Assembly (NCBI GenBank): GCA_051362555.1
Contig: CM120649.1
Coordinates: 620,001 to 684,000 of the forward strand
Source of the DNA: Lingula anatina
Lineage: Eukaryota > Animalia > Brachiopoda
DNA length: 64,000 nucleotides
Reading direction: 5' to 3'
Made by a program: the position numbers and the translations under genes. Below the pieces are notes generated by a model. That model worked only from the letters and a program-made list of their open reading frames with translations, did no database searches and was not told where the DNA came from. Below are positions 1 to 12,309 of the stretch, in pieces (position 1 is the stretch's first letter; every line of letters begins with the position of its first letter).

Positions 1-40
1 AAAAAATCTCTCTTCCTCCCCCGTCTCTCTCTCTCTCTCT

Positions 41-311
41 CATATATTATATTACCAAAGTTAATCAGAGTAGATTCTAAGTGATGTTGTTAATCTCAAT
101 CCATGGTTATTTTACACACATCACTTCTTTATAATTTCAGACCACACTCCTTCTCATGCAGTATACAATATAGATATCTTTCTCACATAATAAATTATAT
201 TAGCAAAGTTAAATCAAAGTTAATACAAAGTAATGTTTATAATCTCAGTCCATGATTATTTTACATGTAACATTTTTTGATAATTTCAGACCACACTCCT
301 TCCCATGCAGC
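41..311 (+). repeat. ~150-bp diverged tandem duplication containing the MED4 splice acceptor and the exon start
   Basis: ataatttcagaccacactcctt(c/t)(c/t)catgcag occurs at ~131-161 and ~280-310, each preceded by similar intronic sequence. Confidence 0.75.
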
Positions 312-480
312 ATCGATGCCATGGCAACCACCACCAGAGCTGTCATCCAGCATTTCCATGGCAACGACCAATCAGGCAGCAATGTCAGAGGTCAAAGGGC
401 TGAACAAAGAGAATGAAGATGTTGAAGTGATGTCCACAGATTCTTCAAGCAGTTCTTCCAGTGATGAGTCAAGACCGTAA
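290..480 (+). CDS. MED4: Terminal coding exon of Mediator subunit 4 (MED4)-like gene; the rest of the gene lies upstream of the window
   Basis: Acceptor tttcag at 284-289, open frame to TAA at 480. The C-terminus NKENEDVEVMSTDSSSSSSSDE matches the recalled metazoan MED4 tail (ENEDDVEIMSTDSSSSSSESD). Confidence 0.8.
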
Positions 481-2639
481 AAGTAAAGTCAGTAATGATA
501 TAAAATTATCATCAGGTTAAGATGAGGGTCCATCAACCTTCTTGCTTGTTTTGACCATTTGTGAATGGATAGAAGCAGTTAATACTGTCAAATGCATGTC
601 AGATTGTGAAGTCCTGAACAGTTAAGTGATAGGATAATGCCGTTTCTATATAAATATATTATTACGTATGTTTATGGAAACATGATGAGATTATACAGGT
701 TTGTAGACAGCAATTTCAGGAATGGGGTTGTTTTTTTTTCTGAAAAAGTGGACTGCTTTACCGTGTTAGCTGTCCTACACAGAGAATAGTTGTAAACCTT
801 ATTTTGATTAAAAGGGAAACTTAATCAGTCAAAAGGGCAATTCTTAAAAAAACCTCCCTCTCTGTCTGTCTGCAGGCCTGTGATATGTCGACTGTAAAAA
901 AAAGCATAATAATTCAACCAACTAAGGGCCATATACTGCCTGCTTGCAGAAGGCAGACAGAAATTAGGCATATCTTTCAAGAGACATCAAAAGATCTTTA
1001 GAGGACCGTATTATGCTTGTTGAACCTCAAACAAAGATTTCCTGTAGTAAAAAGCTGGCTTGACCCAGCACCTGCCTTATTTTAAGGAGTTGATTTCATA
1101 GTTGGTTATGGTTGACTTAACACAGTAGTATGAACTCTATTTAGGTGTTGCAGTTTGGAAATTGAATTTGTTGAAAAACTTATTCCAGTTCATATTTGTT
1201 GAAATAATAACCTTGGTCAAATGTAGGACTGAAAGCTGTATGGTAAAGCTGTGTTGCAGAATCCAGTCAGAATAATTAATGATCACGAAAAAGAAATTCT
1301 AACCAATTCTTGAAATAATTGTTAGTAATGGGACATTTCTTTCCTTTGAATAATGTCATTTTGTTTTTGTTTTGTTGCCCTTATGGTTCTCCTCCAATAT
1401 GAGGGATGTCTTTTTCTTTGCGAGTAGTGATATTCAATAACTCAAGAAATTTTCTTAGCGAGGGGCGTCTTTATTCTGGAAACCAGCTGTTCAGTGAGAT
1501 CTAAGTCTGCTTGCTTTCAGGAGTGAATATCTTTCTATAGGGAATCACCTTTAGTATCATGTATATAAGAAGTGTTCTAAGGGTTACTTATAAGGAGAAA
1601 GATTCTATAATTTCGTGTTAACAACTCCATGGCACTGCATACCCATGAAAGAAACCACATATAAATCCATAAATCACACATACTTTTAGTATAGCTACTT
1701 ATAAGTATCAGGAATCAACTGCTCACTATCAGAGGCAAAACGCAACACCAGTGCTTGGTCAGACCTGCTGCTGCTGCTGCTTGCTGGGGGGCTGGTGGTG
1801 CTGGTGGTGCTGGTGGTGGTATTTGTACTTCAGGTATTTTCAGGCTTTCCTGGTTTTCCCTGTTGGTTGCTCTGGGAGATACTCTCTTGCTCATGGTAGA
1901 TTATTTTGCCCTTGTGGTTACTCTACCAGTATCAGGAATCAACTGCTCACTATCAGAGACAAGACAAAACTCCAGAGCTTGGTCAGGATCTACAGGTTTA
2001 TTAAATCACCAAATCTCGACTCCCTTCTAGTAGCCTTTGAGGGTGTATTTATACCTCTCAGCCACTTCTAATATTACATGAATAGGTCAGTCCTTATAAA
2101 GTTCTATCCGAGTTCTATTATTGCTCCTAAGGGCTGCCTAAGACGGAAACAGTGCAAGTTTACACCTTGTTGTATGCAATATTACATCTGTTGCTACACA
2201 TTATTTTCTATCTTGCATTATGCAACATTACATCTGTTGCCACACACCATTTTCTATCATGAAATAAGTATCAACCAAGTTTGTATGTGTGTGCGGGGAT
2301 CTATTTCTGATATTGGTCTCTTAATCCCAGTGATAATCCAAGAAGGACAAGTTCACTTTTTCCAAGAAGTTATTTTTTCCTTTAATCAAATGATCGGAAA
2401 GTACACTGGTGAACAACTGCCTAAAAATGCCTTGAAAGTGACCACTTGAAACTCACAGCTTGAAAATGACTGTAGCCAGCATAAAACAACAAATACCACT
2501 GTTGCACTTGGAGAGTTTATTATCAGGCACACAATCCGATGCAATTTAACAATGAGTATACAAACTGTCTTGCAGTGAGTTACACAATCTCGAACTTTTT
2601 CAGGCCAGAAGGGCCTGGAAGGGCTTTTATATTGTGCTA

Positions 2640-3600
2640 AACATCAATAAAAGTGCACTTGATCATTCAAAAGTGCACTTGATGATCTGAAAGGTAAAGC
2701 CATGAAGGCGGTTTTGCAGTTAAGCAGGCTTTACAGTCCACCACCAACAATATGACCCAGACACATTTAAAACTCTCCGATGCCCTTTTATAAAACCCAT
2801 ACTGATGTACAGATGCGAAATCTGGGGACCATCAATCAAATATAACAGCCAAAAAAACCTTAAATACATGAATATTTTGCCATTCGAAGTAGTATGAAAT
2901 AACTATTGCAAATACATTTTAGCATAAGACGCAATGCCAGTAATATAGCAGCTAAAGCAGAACTAGGCAGATTCCCAATTACACATGACATAAGTGGTCA
3001 TGCTACATCCTATTGGCAAAGATTTTCTGAAATGCCAAAGCAGCGCATGGCAAAAACAATGTATGCATACGAAACAAAACATGACACACAGGTAAAAAAT
3101 TGGTCAAGCAAAATTCAATACATTACTTGAAATCTAATCAAAACATCAACTAATACTCCCTCGAAAGCAGAAGTAAAACATGCACTGGAAAGTCACTATA
3201 CCTTTTTGTTTCTCAAAGAAACAGAGCGAGCATATAGCATACTACATACATATTGATTATTTAAAACAAATTATGAAAGGAAAGCATACACAACAGCACC
3301 TATACCAAAACATGAAATGCAAAATTTGGTAAAATTTAGGACAGGGGCACACAAATTAGCAATCCAAAGAGGCAAATACCGAAAACTAAAATCAATACCC
3401 CCTGAACAAAGTATCTGCAAAATATGCTCAGCTGAAGTCGAAAATAAAATACACTTCTATTAAAATGCCCCTCACACCAAACACAGGGAGATCCTAAAAC
3501 CAGATCCTACACAAACTCCAGAGGACCAGTTCAAATGTCTAATGCAGTCAAATGATTTTGATCGATAAATGACTGAATATTTTTCAATGTATAGAGATCC
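2640..3600 (+). mobile_element. Decayed 3' portion of a non-LTR retrotransposon (RTE-X-like ORF2 C-terminus)
   Basis: Broken frames give CEIWG, RRNASNIAAKAELGRFPI and KFRTGAHKLAIQRGKY...ICKIC...VENKIHF..KCP, typical of LINE ORF2 C-termini. Several stops and frameshifts. Confidence 0.75.
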
Positions 3601-4069
3601 TATATTTAAATTATGCTTACATACAGTTTAATAGAAAGATGAGTATAAGGGTACCTTTCCTTCTAACCCAAGTTGAATTTGGCAACTTTTCTTAAAACCG
3701 ATTTGCTCTTCTGGGGTTTATTCCTTATGTCTTATTACATTTGCCATGTAAGACTAGATATCATCTGTCAGATCTGCCAGTGCTATTGGTGATCCATAAA
3801 TATTAAGTGGAGGGCTTTCAGCGTCAATACAGAGTCTTTTCCTTACTCCCTCGCCTCTCCTCATGTCTGAATATTTTTGTTTCACTTTCTTGGCACTTCT
3901 TGAGCTAGGTGTAGTGCCAATAGTGCTTGCTGATGGTGACGGGTCCAGGTCCCATGGTGATGGCATGCCACTTGTTGAAGATTTTGGAGTCGATGTTTGG
4001 GGTTGTAGCCTTGGTTGAGGGGTAAGCGGGTTTTATTGGATCACGGATGAGAGGTACAGCTGAGTACGC

Positions 4070-6525
4070 CTTCTGAATTAAACTTCCGTTTCCTATTGAT
4101 CAGTTCCGCTCAGATAGTATAGGTACTTCTTGTGCGACAATAGTGCTTCCAAAGGAACAATCTAACGAATAAGTGTCTAAGTGCCTAAGTGAATAAGTTT
4201 CTAAGTGTCTAAGTGTTTAAGTGTTCAGCCCAAAGTGTGGGCCTCGCTTTTATCTTCTTAGAATGCAGATCAATTTTCCATTTAACATGTCACATTTTGT
4301 TACCTATACCATGGTCACAATTTTCCTTTAAAGGGTGGCACACTGTATTATCCAAGCAGATCATTTCTATTTATTCTCTGATCTCCCCTATGTTTTGATT
4401 CTTTAAGCATACTTTCCTCTTTCTATATTCTAAATTCAGATCTAATTAAGTAACAATCACCATATGAAACTGGAACGGAATTTCTTTGGTTTCCTTCAAT
4501 GGTCACTAATTTCATTCCATAGATACATTAGTCTGTATCTTGTTTGAACTATTTTTATACCACCTAAATCAGTATGACTGAAGATATCACACTCATGCTT
4601 GGATTATATATTACTTTTCTTTAAAACTAATTCTTTAAATCATAACGCATAAATAAAACCATTATGACAGTGTCACAAGCACCTCTAACACGACCAGGAA
4701 CAACAAGACAGCTCTCAGCGTGGCAGGCCTTTATTCAATTGACGCTCCTCTAGTGCGGCCGGTTACAGACTCCCCAAGCTGCACTTGAAGAGAGCTTATA
4801 TACCCATAATATACTGCTCATGTTACCAGGAAGCCCCTTATAAAGTTCTACAAATTCACCAGCATCAGAGGCTGCCTAACTTAGTAAGATAGGAAATGGT
4901 ACTTGATAACAAATTATATTATGTTGCAAGTTGCATATGATGATCTTCCTTGACCATTGGGTTAGGGGTCTGCCTAAGACAGAGACAGGTGTACAACATA
5001 AAGATAAGGAGTGATCTTGTATTACACATCATAGTATTACACATCATAGGTCATGTATTTCATAGTATTACATATCATAGGTCATGTATTTTATATTGAA
5101 TCATGAAAACAGTACCAATGTGTACAAGTTGTTCTTATTCTTTCCACTGGGACCTTTTTAAAGTTGGCAGAGAAAACCTGGGATTGGCCATGTAGTACTT
5201 CTTTAAGGAATGAGATGTTAAGCTTTTTCTTGGGCTGGTCATGCCTTCCCTTGTAAAAGGAAGTCACCTCCTCCTGGTGATCTTTCCAGAAGATATAATG
5301 GAGCGGTTTGGTATGGCGTTGGGGGTTATTCAAGAACGGCTCCAACCAACTCCTTCTGTCATAGAAGATTTATTTACAGAATAGGGTTTATATATTTTAA
5401 GTATGTACACACTAGAACTATGAAAACAAAACTAAAAACTACGTAAGCTGTTTAATATGAAAGCATAAACATCGTAACTTAAAAGCACAAGATTTAAGAC
5501 TGAATGTCCATTTATATCTCTATCTTCACTGTGGTCCTGGTTGGGGTTACACTGTCTGGATTCTAAACACCTTACATTCTATCTGCTAATCTAAGTTTAA
5601 TATATTTTACGAGTCTATACACTAAATATACGATAGTGAAGCTCGCTAAACTAGCCACTGCAGATGCCAAGCCAGCTGTAAGAAAGAAAGTGCATTTTAA
5701 AATGAGCTGCAGGGGTTAAATGATATGTTCAATTATCTAAAGATGCCACTGAATCATATATTCTTTCACGAGTTCTATGGGCGCCAAATAGCTACTATTA
5801 CTAAAATAACTCGCACTATTTTCCGAATTCGGTTCTACGTGTAATTGTAAGCATTCAAACATTTTCACTAAGTAAAATATTATGAAAACTACCAAGATGA
5901 ATATTAAAAAACTAAAGCTAATGGAAACGTATTCCACTGCCTTCCAGTCGTATGTACAGACAATTCCATTATTATTATCATCATCTGACGTCGCCATCAT
6001 GTGGGTTTGCGTTGGTGTTCCAGTGCGGTAGTCAGGTCTGTTGTCAAGGGCATTGTAGTCGTCACTCGGTTGTTGCATAACACCTCCAAGTCTGTATTTT
6101 GCTTTGGTGGGCAGGGTCCATTTAGAATAATTAACATTTCCCCGTCAGGAAAAACGTTATCAAAGATGATGTCGTCCATATCACTGCCTACATCTAATAC
6201 AATAATTCTGGCACCTAAATTAAAAAAAAAAATGTGCATCAGGTCCCTTTTACGTGCCAATTCCTCTTCTTCTTGCATATTGAGAAAATAAGACAGTACG
6301 TTTATTACTAAGTACATAACAGTTTTGCTTACCATAATATGTCCGACCGAGATAACTGATCACTTATATCCAAAACCACAATCAAGTTATAAAACTTCTG
6401 AATTAAACTTTCGTTCCCTGTGGATCGGTTCTGCTCAGATAGTACAGGTACTTCAAAGGAACAATCTAACGAATAAGTGTCTAAGAGCCTAAGTGAATAA
6501 CTGTCCAAGTGTTTAAGTGTCCAAG
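4070..6525. repeat. Dispersed direct repeat (~130-150 bp) at 4070-4225 and 6395-6525, ending in short aagtg(t/c)ct tandem units
   Basis: ttctgaattaaactt.cgtt.cct....atc.gttc.gctcagatagta.aggtacttc...aaaggaacaatctaacgaataagtgtctaag is present at both positions. Confidence 0.8.
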
Positions 6526-6589
6526 TTCTGTCATACCAGTGTGTCTAGGGTAAATATCCCATTGACATGAACTTCCTGATGCAATGTCT

Positions 6590-6942
6590 CAACCATTTAA
6601 ATCGTTCTTTTCAAAATCTTTTAAATCTTTCACATGGACTGGCATGTCTAAACCTGTAAATTTCCAATCTTTGTTGCTTCTGTGCATCGAATGATGCTGT
6701 CTCTTATAAAGAAATTCATGATAAAATACCATGTACCCACGTTCAGTTGCCGCTTAGAACTGAACACAAAAAGTTTCCTGGCAGCATTTGCATCTTCGAC
6801 CCCAACTTCTGTCATGTCCTTCTCTTTCCCAAACTTGTCCTTAGTTCTTTGTTTCTGCTGTTGCTATCACCTTTACTGTGAGCTTAGAAGCCAGGGGATG
6901 TTGGGTTGTTGAAGCAGACAAAACTTCTAAAGTGGTACTCAT
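6590..6942 (-). pseudogene. Frameshifted OB-fold-like ORF, copy 1
   Basis: MSTTLEVLSASTTQHPLASKLTVKVIATAETKN / KDKFGKEKDMTEVGVEDANAARKLFVFSSKRQLNVGTWYFIMNFFIRDSIIRCTEATKI. The beta-strand pattern resembles RPA/HIN-type OB folds. Homologous to 12025-12288. Confidence 0.45.
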
Positions 6943-7785
6943 GATATAGCAGTGAGATCCTGGGTCTGAGTGAAGTATAGATATATACACACCATCCCCT
7001 CTGTAGGTTGTTCTCACATACTGGAAAAATTCACCAATTCCCTGGAAGCGTCGTATGTAGCAGTGTGTCCTGCTGGCATTGCAGTGCATTTGGAAGTTCT
7101 GGCGAACAAACGCCAAGGGTATGTATCTTATCGATATAAATAGCGGAATGTGCTGCCTTACCCTTGGGTTGTCTACACCAACCTCCGTTCCTAAACACAC
7201 CATCATAGAGACTTGCAAAAGTGGAAAAAATACCCAGCTATTTCTGCCATTACAAGCTCCGTCTCCAGGGTGGTATTGAGACGCACCTCAAAGTCACAGA
7301 TGGCTCTGGTGGGCCTCCATCATTGCCTGGTAACCTCTCTGAATTTTTTATACATTTAGAATGAGTGTTTCACCTAAACAGTATCCATAAACAATAATAA
7401 CATTTCTGAACTTACTTTCAACATGGTTGCTAGTCCTCGTATCCATGTTCCTCTCATACACATTCCAGGTGACGGTAGGAAAAGTCCCTTCAATGTACGT
7501 GTTGTTCACGTACTGGCAAAATTCCCCCATTGCCGGGAAGCGCCGCATGTAGCAGTGTGTCCTGCTGGCATTGCAGTGCATTTGGAAGTTCTGGCGAACA
7601 ATAATAACATTTCTGAGCTTACTTTCAACATGGTTGCTAGTCCTCGTATCCATGTTCCTCTTGTACACATTCCAGGTGACTTTAGGAAAAGTCCCTTCAA
7701 TGTACGTGTTGTTTAGGTACTGGCAAAATTCACCCATTGCCGGGAAGCGCCGCATGTAGCAGTGTGTCCTGCTGGCATTGCAGTA

Positions 7786-8896
7786 CACTCTAAATCTGGC
7801 TGGGTTATTTTCAACCCAAATTTAGTCGTTTTCTAACCCAGCGCTGGGTCAACATAGCACCAACCTCATTTGGGTTATCATAACCCAAGATTTTGGGTTA
7901 GTTTTTCAACCCAGTGGTTTGGGTTAATTTATAACCCATCTCATGGGTTAATCTCTACCCAAATTTGGGTGATCTTGACTAAATGCTGGGTTAATAATAA
8001 ATTACCTGGCCAATAATAATTTGGCTGACTAAATCCAAATACATAATACCATCCTCACCGCCATAAGATACAAGAACAACCATAAATTCATAGGGTAAGT
8101 GGATGAATTCGATTTATTACAAAAATTATGCAAATTTATCATACATCATGATATTTGCAGGCAAAACAAAATCGCATCATAACAAAATACATGTACACTG
8201 TACATTCTATTATATTATATTATAGGTATTCAAATTACCTTGAAGTGAATAAGGAGCTAGACATGGGAATTTGTCCACGTCCTGCAAGTCAAAAATGGGA
8301 GAACCTTCCCATCATCAAATCCAACTGTTAACAAAAATATATTACTTTGCTATTTAGATTAAAATACAAAATGATGGGTTATAATATGAAATGAATAACT
8401 TTCTCAAAAATGATTAACAAATATCTCTGCATGTAAACATTATAAACATGGATACATAATACAGTATTATAATACAATATACCTGTAATCTACCTGTAAT
8501 ACAGCAGTGAGCCCACCAACAATATTACTTTCAAACAAAGAGTGTCCATGATTAATGGAAAATGTAAAACATGAAATAGGAAAATGATATATTTGTCATT
8601 ATTGATAAGACAGCGTTGAAAAATATTAAGTCAACTGTGTTTAATCATCAGGCAGAAAGAAGTTGCGGAGGGATTTGATCAGAGGAGAGCTCTTTTCATC
8701 ACCCATTTCATAAACTACGGTTTGCAGAAATTCCCAGACCGTATAGCACTCTCGTGGGTAATTAACATCAAGGATGTAAAAAGATTTGAAACATAGATCA
8801 ACAGCCTTGAGTAATGTTGGACATTTGATGGCATTTTGTTCAAAGGCAACAAAAGCCTCGGTGGGGTTCTTGGCACTGCATCCAATAGTGATAATC
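7786..8896 (-). mobile_element. Truncated EnSpm/CMC (CACTA-superfamily) DNA transposon end inserted into the MULE tandem array
   Basis: Starts TA|CACTCTAAA, followed by many subterminal AACCCA/TGGGTT repeats (7800-7995). Carries ORF tail AVDLCFKSFYILDVNYP..CYTVWEFLQTVVY (8641-8896), which resembles accessory ORFs of animal EnSpm elements. It interrupts a repeat unit at cagta. No second end seen. Confidence 0.65.
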
Positions 8897-9662
8897 GTAC
8901 ACATTCCAGGTGACTTTAGGAAAAGTCCCTTCAATGTACGTGTTGTTCACGTACTGGCAAAATTCACCCATTGCCGGGAAGCGCCGCATGTAGCAGTGTG
9001 TCCTGCTGGCATTGCAGTGCATTTGGAAGTTCTGGCGAACAATAATAACATTTCTGAGCTTACTTTCAACATGGTTGCTAGTCCTCGTATCCATGTTCCT
9101 CTGGTACACATTCCAGGTGACGTTAGGAAAAGTCCCTTCAATGTACGTGTTGTTCACGTACTGGCAAAATTCCCCCATTGCCGGGAAGTGCCGCATGTAG
9201 CAGTGTGTCCTGCTGGCATTGCAGTGCATTTGGAAGTTCTGGCGAACAATAATAACATTTCTGAGCTTTCTTTCAACATGGTTGCTAGTCCTCGTATCCA
9301 TGTTCCTCTTGTACACAATCCAGGTGACTTTAGGAAAAGTCCCTTCAATGTACGTGTTGTTTAGGTACTGGCAAAATTCACCCATTGCCGGGAAGCGCCG
9401 CATGTAGCAGTGTGTCCTGCTGGCATTGCAGTACATTTGGAAGTTCTGGCGAACAATAATAACATTTCTGAGCTTACTTTCAACATGGTTGCTAGTCCTC
9501 GTATCCATGTTCCTCTCGTACACATTCCAGGTGACTTTAGGAAAAGTCCCTTCAATGTACGTGTTGTTCACGTACTGGCAAAATTCACCCATTGCCGGGA
9601 AGCGCCGCATGTAGCAGTGTGTCCTGCTGGCGTTGCAGTGCATTTGGAAGTTCTGGCGAACA
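8897..9662 (-). repeat. 207-bp (69-codon) near-perfect tandem array, ~3.7 units; further units at 7390-7785 and 9945-10360
   Basis: The unit VRQNFQMHCNASRTHCYMRRFPAMGEFCQYVNNTYIEGTFPKVTWNVYERNMDTRTSNHVESKLRNVII repeats in ORF 8840..9772; ORF starts recur every 207 nt. Confidence 0.95.
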
Positions 9663-12024
9663 AACGCCAAGGGTATGTATCTTATCGATATTAACAGCAG
9701 AATGTGCTGCCTTACCCTTGGGTTGTCTACACCAACCTCCGTTCCTAAACACACCATCATAGAGACTGGCATAAGTGGAAAAAATACCCAGCTATTTCTG
9801 CCATTACAACCTCTGTCTCCAGGGTGGTGTTGAGACGCACCTCAAAGTCACAGATGGCTCTGGTGGGCCTCCATCGGTGCCTGGTAACCTCTCTGACTTT
9901 TCTATACATTGAGAATGAGTGTTTCACCTAAACAGTATCCATAAACAATAATAACATTTCTGAGCTTACTTTCAACATGGTTGCTAGTCCTCGTATCCAT
10001 GTTCCTCTTGTACACATTCCAGTTGACGGGAGGAAAAGGCCCCTTCAATGTATGTGGTGTTGACGTACTGGCGAAACTCCCCCAATGCCGGGAAGCGCAG
10101 CATGTAGCAGTGTGTCCTGCCGGCATTGCAGTGCATTTGGAAGTTCTGGCCAACAATAATAACATTTCTGAGCTTACTTTCAACATGGTTGTTAGTCCTC
10201 ATATCCATGTTCCTCTCGTACACATTCCAGGTGACGGGAGGAAACGTCCCTTCTATGTAAGTGTTATTCACATACTGACAAAACTCCCCCATTGCCGGGA
10301 AGCGCCAAATGTAGCAGTGTGTCCTGCTGGCATTGCAGTGCATTTGGAAGTTCTGGCGAACAAGCGCCAAGGGTATGTAACCCATCGATACATACAGTGG
10401 AATGTGCTGCCTTACCAATAAAATCTAAACTTAAAAGTTCTGATCATTGAAAAAATGTTACTTTACAGTTTTCAAGAAAAATAAAGGTTTAACAAGCCAA
10501 AGAAAGGCTAATAAAGGTTATAAAGGATCTCCAGCCAATATAAAGGTTTCTCTGCCAGGCCTGTTTCCATAATTTGTATTGTCCCAAAACATTCATTATG
10601 CATTAATAGCCTTTTGATGTAACTCCACTCTTTTAACTGTACTCCACATCTACATCCGGAAGATCTGTGTGTTTCTTCTCCACATGTTTAAACTTGTATT
10701 CCCTTCAGAGGGTCTTCAGGCGCCTTTCAATCCATCTCCACCGTAATATTACCGTAATATGTGAAGTGACAAAGTATGTATTATTCCTGCATTATTTATA
10801 TGAAATAAATCTGAAAGCTTACATTATAATAGCTGTTTTAAACTTGCTTTTTGTCATGGCATGTCAGTGTGTAAACGTTAAATAAATCTCAATATCTTCT
10901 CAAACTTTCCCAGGACATAATATATATGCTCTGAGACATTTAATCATTGGTGTTTTAAGGAACATGTAAGATTTTACATTTGCCTTAGCCCTGTGGGTAC
11001 CCCCCTTTTCTGTGGTAAGCGTTTCCACCTCATCCTGTAAGTATAAAAGGTTTAAAAATAGAAAGAAATCTAAATATTTGATATGCACACAAACGATAAC
11101 TTAATGTTTGGCCTTAAATAAAGTCCTCTATTTTCAAGGCAACGAGTATGTCGCCAGTGTCAAGAAATATAAACAGGAATAATTTGTCACAGTGGCCACA
11201 TCTCTTCAGGATAACCTTCCCCATGATGTGTGTTGCTCCCCTTCTGAATACTGTGACAGGACAGTCGTCTTTTGATAGTTTTTTCATAGGCTTCGAGATT
11301 GTCTATGAGAAAGTCCTGGCCTTGTTCCAGAAGACGCTTGTTGTTTAGAGCCTTCCCCACCCAGACAACTTCTTCAACGTTGAATGTGTTGCTTACTTTA
11401 AGGTACTTGACTGCGTCACAATGTAAACCTTTGATAACCCATCTAATGTTTCCCCAGGCCTACTGTGTCCCAATATTCTGCTATATCTTTATCCCCGCGC
11501 CTGTATTCCCTTCACAGGGTCTTCAGGCCACTCCATCTGGCACCACTTCTGTCTCCTTGGGGTCGGAGGACCACCTCTGTCAGCAGCCCGGATGGAGCGC
11601 TCCCTCTGGCTCCGAATGTCTTTTAGACATGTTATAAACATTATAAAAGATCTTTTTTAAACTTGCCTAATGTCATGATATGTCATTGTGTAAACATAAC
11701 ATATATCTCATTTTCTTCTTAATCTTTCCCAGTACATCAATCTATATTCTGTAAGACATTTAATCTCTGGTCTTTTAAGTAACATGTAATATTTTGTTCA
11801 ACCCCTCGATCCCCCACCCAATGTTTGGGTTTACGCGCCAAATGCGCTACGCTTTGTCCATGCATTGGGTTGCGTCACACTAGAAATGATAAAAAAGAAC
11901 AAGGCTTATCAGTTTACGATGCCTATCTTTGAGATCTGTTAACAATTCGCAGCTATAAATAATTTTTTCAGGCATAGCCGAAGTTTTATGAACATAAAAA
12001 TGAAGTCTTACCATGAAAAGCTTC

Positions 12025-12288
12025 ATTGCTTCTGTGCAATGAATGATCCCGTCTCTAATGAAGAAATTCATGATAATGTACCATGCACCGACGATTAGTT
12101 CTCGCTTAGAACTGTACACGGTCAGTTTCCTGGCGGCAGTTGCATCGGCCACCCCCACTTCTGTCATCTTTCCCATACTTGTCCTTATAGTTCTTTGTTT
12201 CCGCTGTTGCTATCACCTTTACTGTTAACTTATTCGCTAGGGGATGTAGGGTTGTTGAAGCAGACAAATCTTTTAAAGTGGTATTCAT
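12025..12288 (-). pseudogene. Frameshifted OB-fold-like ORF, copy 2
   Basis: MNTTLKDLSASTTLHPLANKLTVKVIATAETKNYKDKYGK / MTEVGVADATAARKLTVYSSKRELIVGAWYIIMNFFIRDGIIHCTEA (ORFs 12106..12393 and 11880..12176). Confidence 0.45.
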
Positions 12289-12309
12289 GATGAATCGCTT
12301 GTAGGGTTG

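Larger units (their letters stand above)
7000..10420 (-). mobile_element. Mutator-like (MULE) transposase C-terminal fragment, amplified as 207-bp tandem repeats and larger duplications
   Basis: Translation YIPLAFVRQNF...FCQYVNNTYIEGTFPPVTWNVY...RTNNHVE fits the MULE catalytic-Glu region (WNVY..RTNNxVE). About 8-9 full or partial copies. Confidence 0.75.

Noticed and set aside
1751-2071. Cys/Trp-rich and Ala/Gly-rich ORFs
   Set aside because: Products of (CTG)n/(GGT)n low-complexity sequence with non-ATG starts and no recognisable domain.
7348-10420. 207-bp repeats as a CRISPR-like array or a genuine repeat-protein gene
   Set aside because: The units are contiguous with no unique spacers, there are no cas genes, and the context is eukaryotic. 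The sequence is explained as a duplicated MULE transposase fragment with no evident gene structure.
7423-10421. Plus-strand ORFs over the tandem array (e.g. 8786..9364, 9981..10421)
   Set aside because: Antisense shadows that stay open because the repeat length is a multiple of 3.
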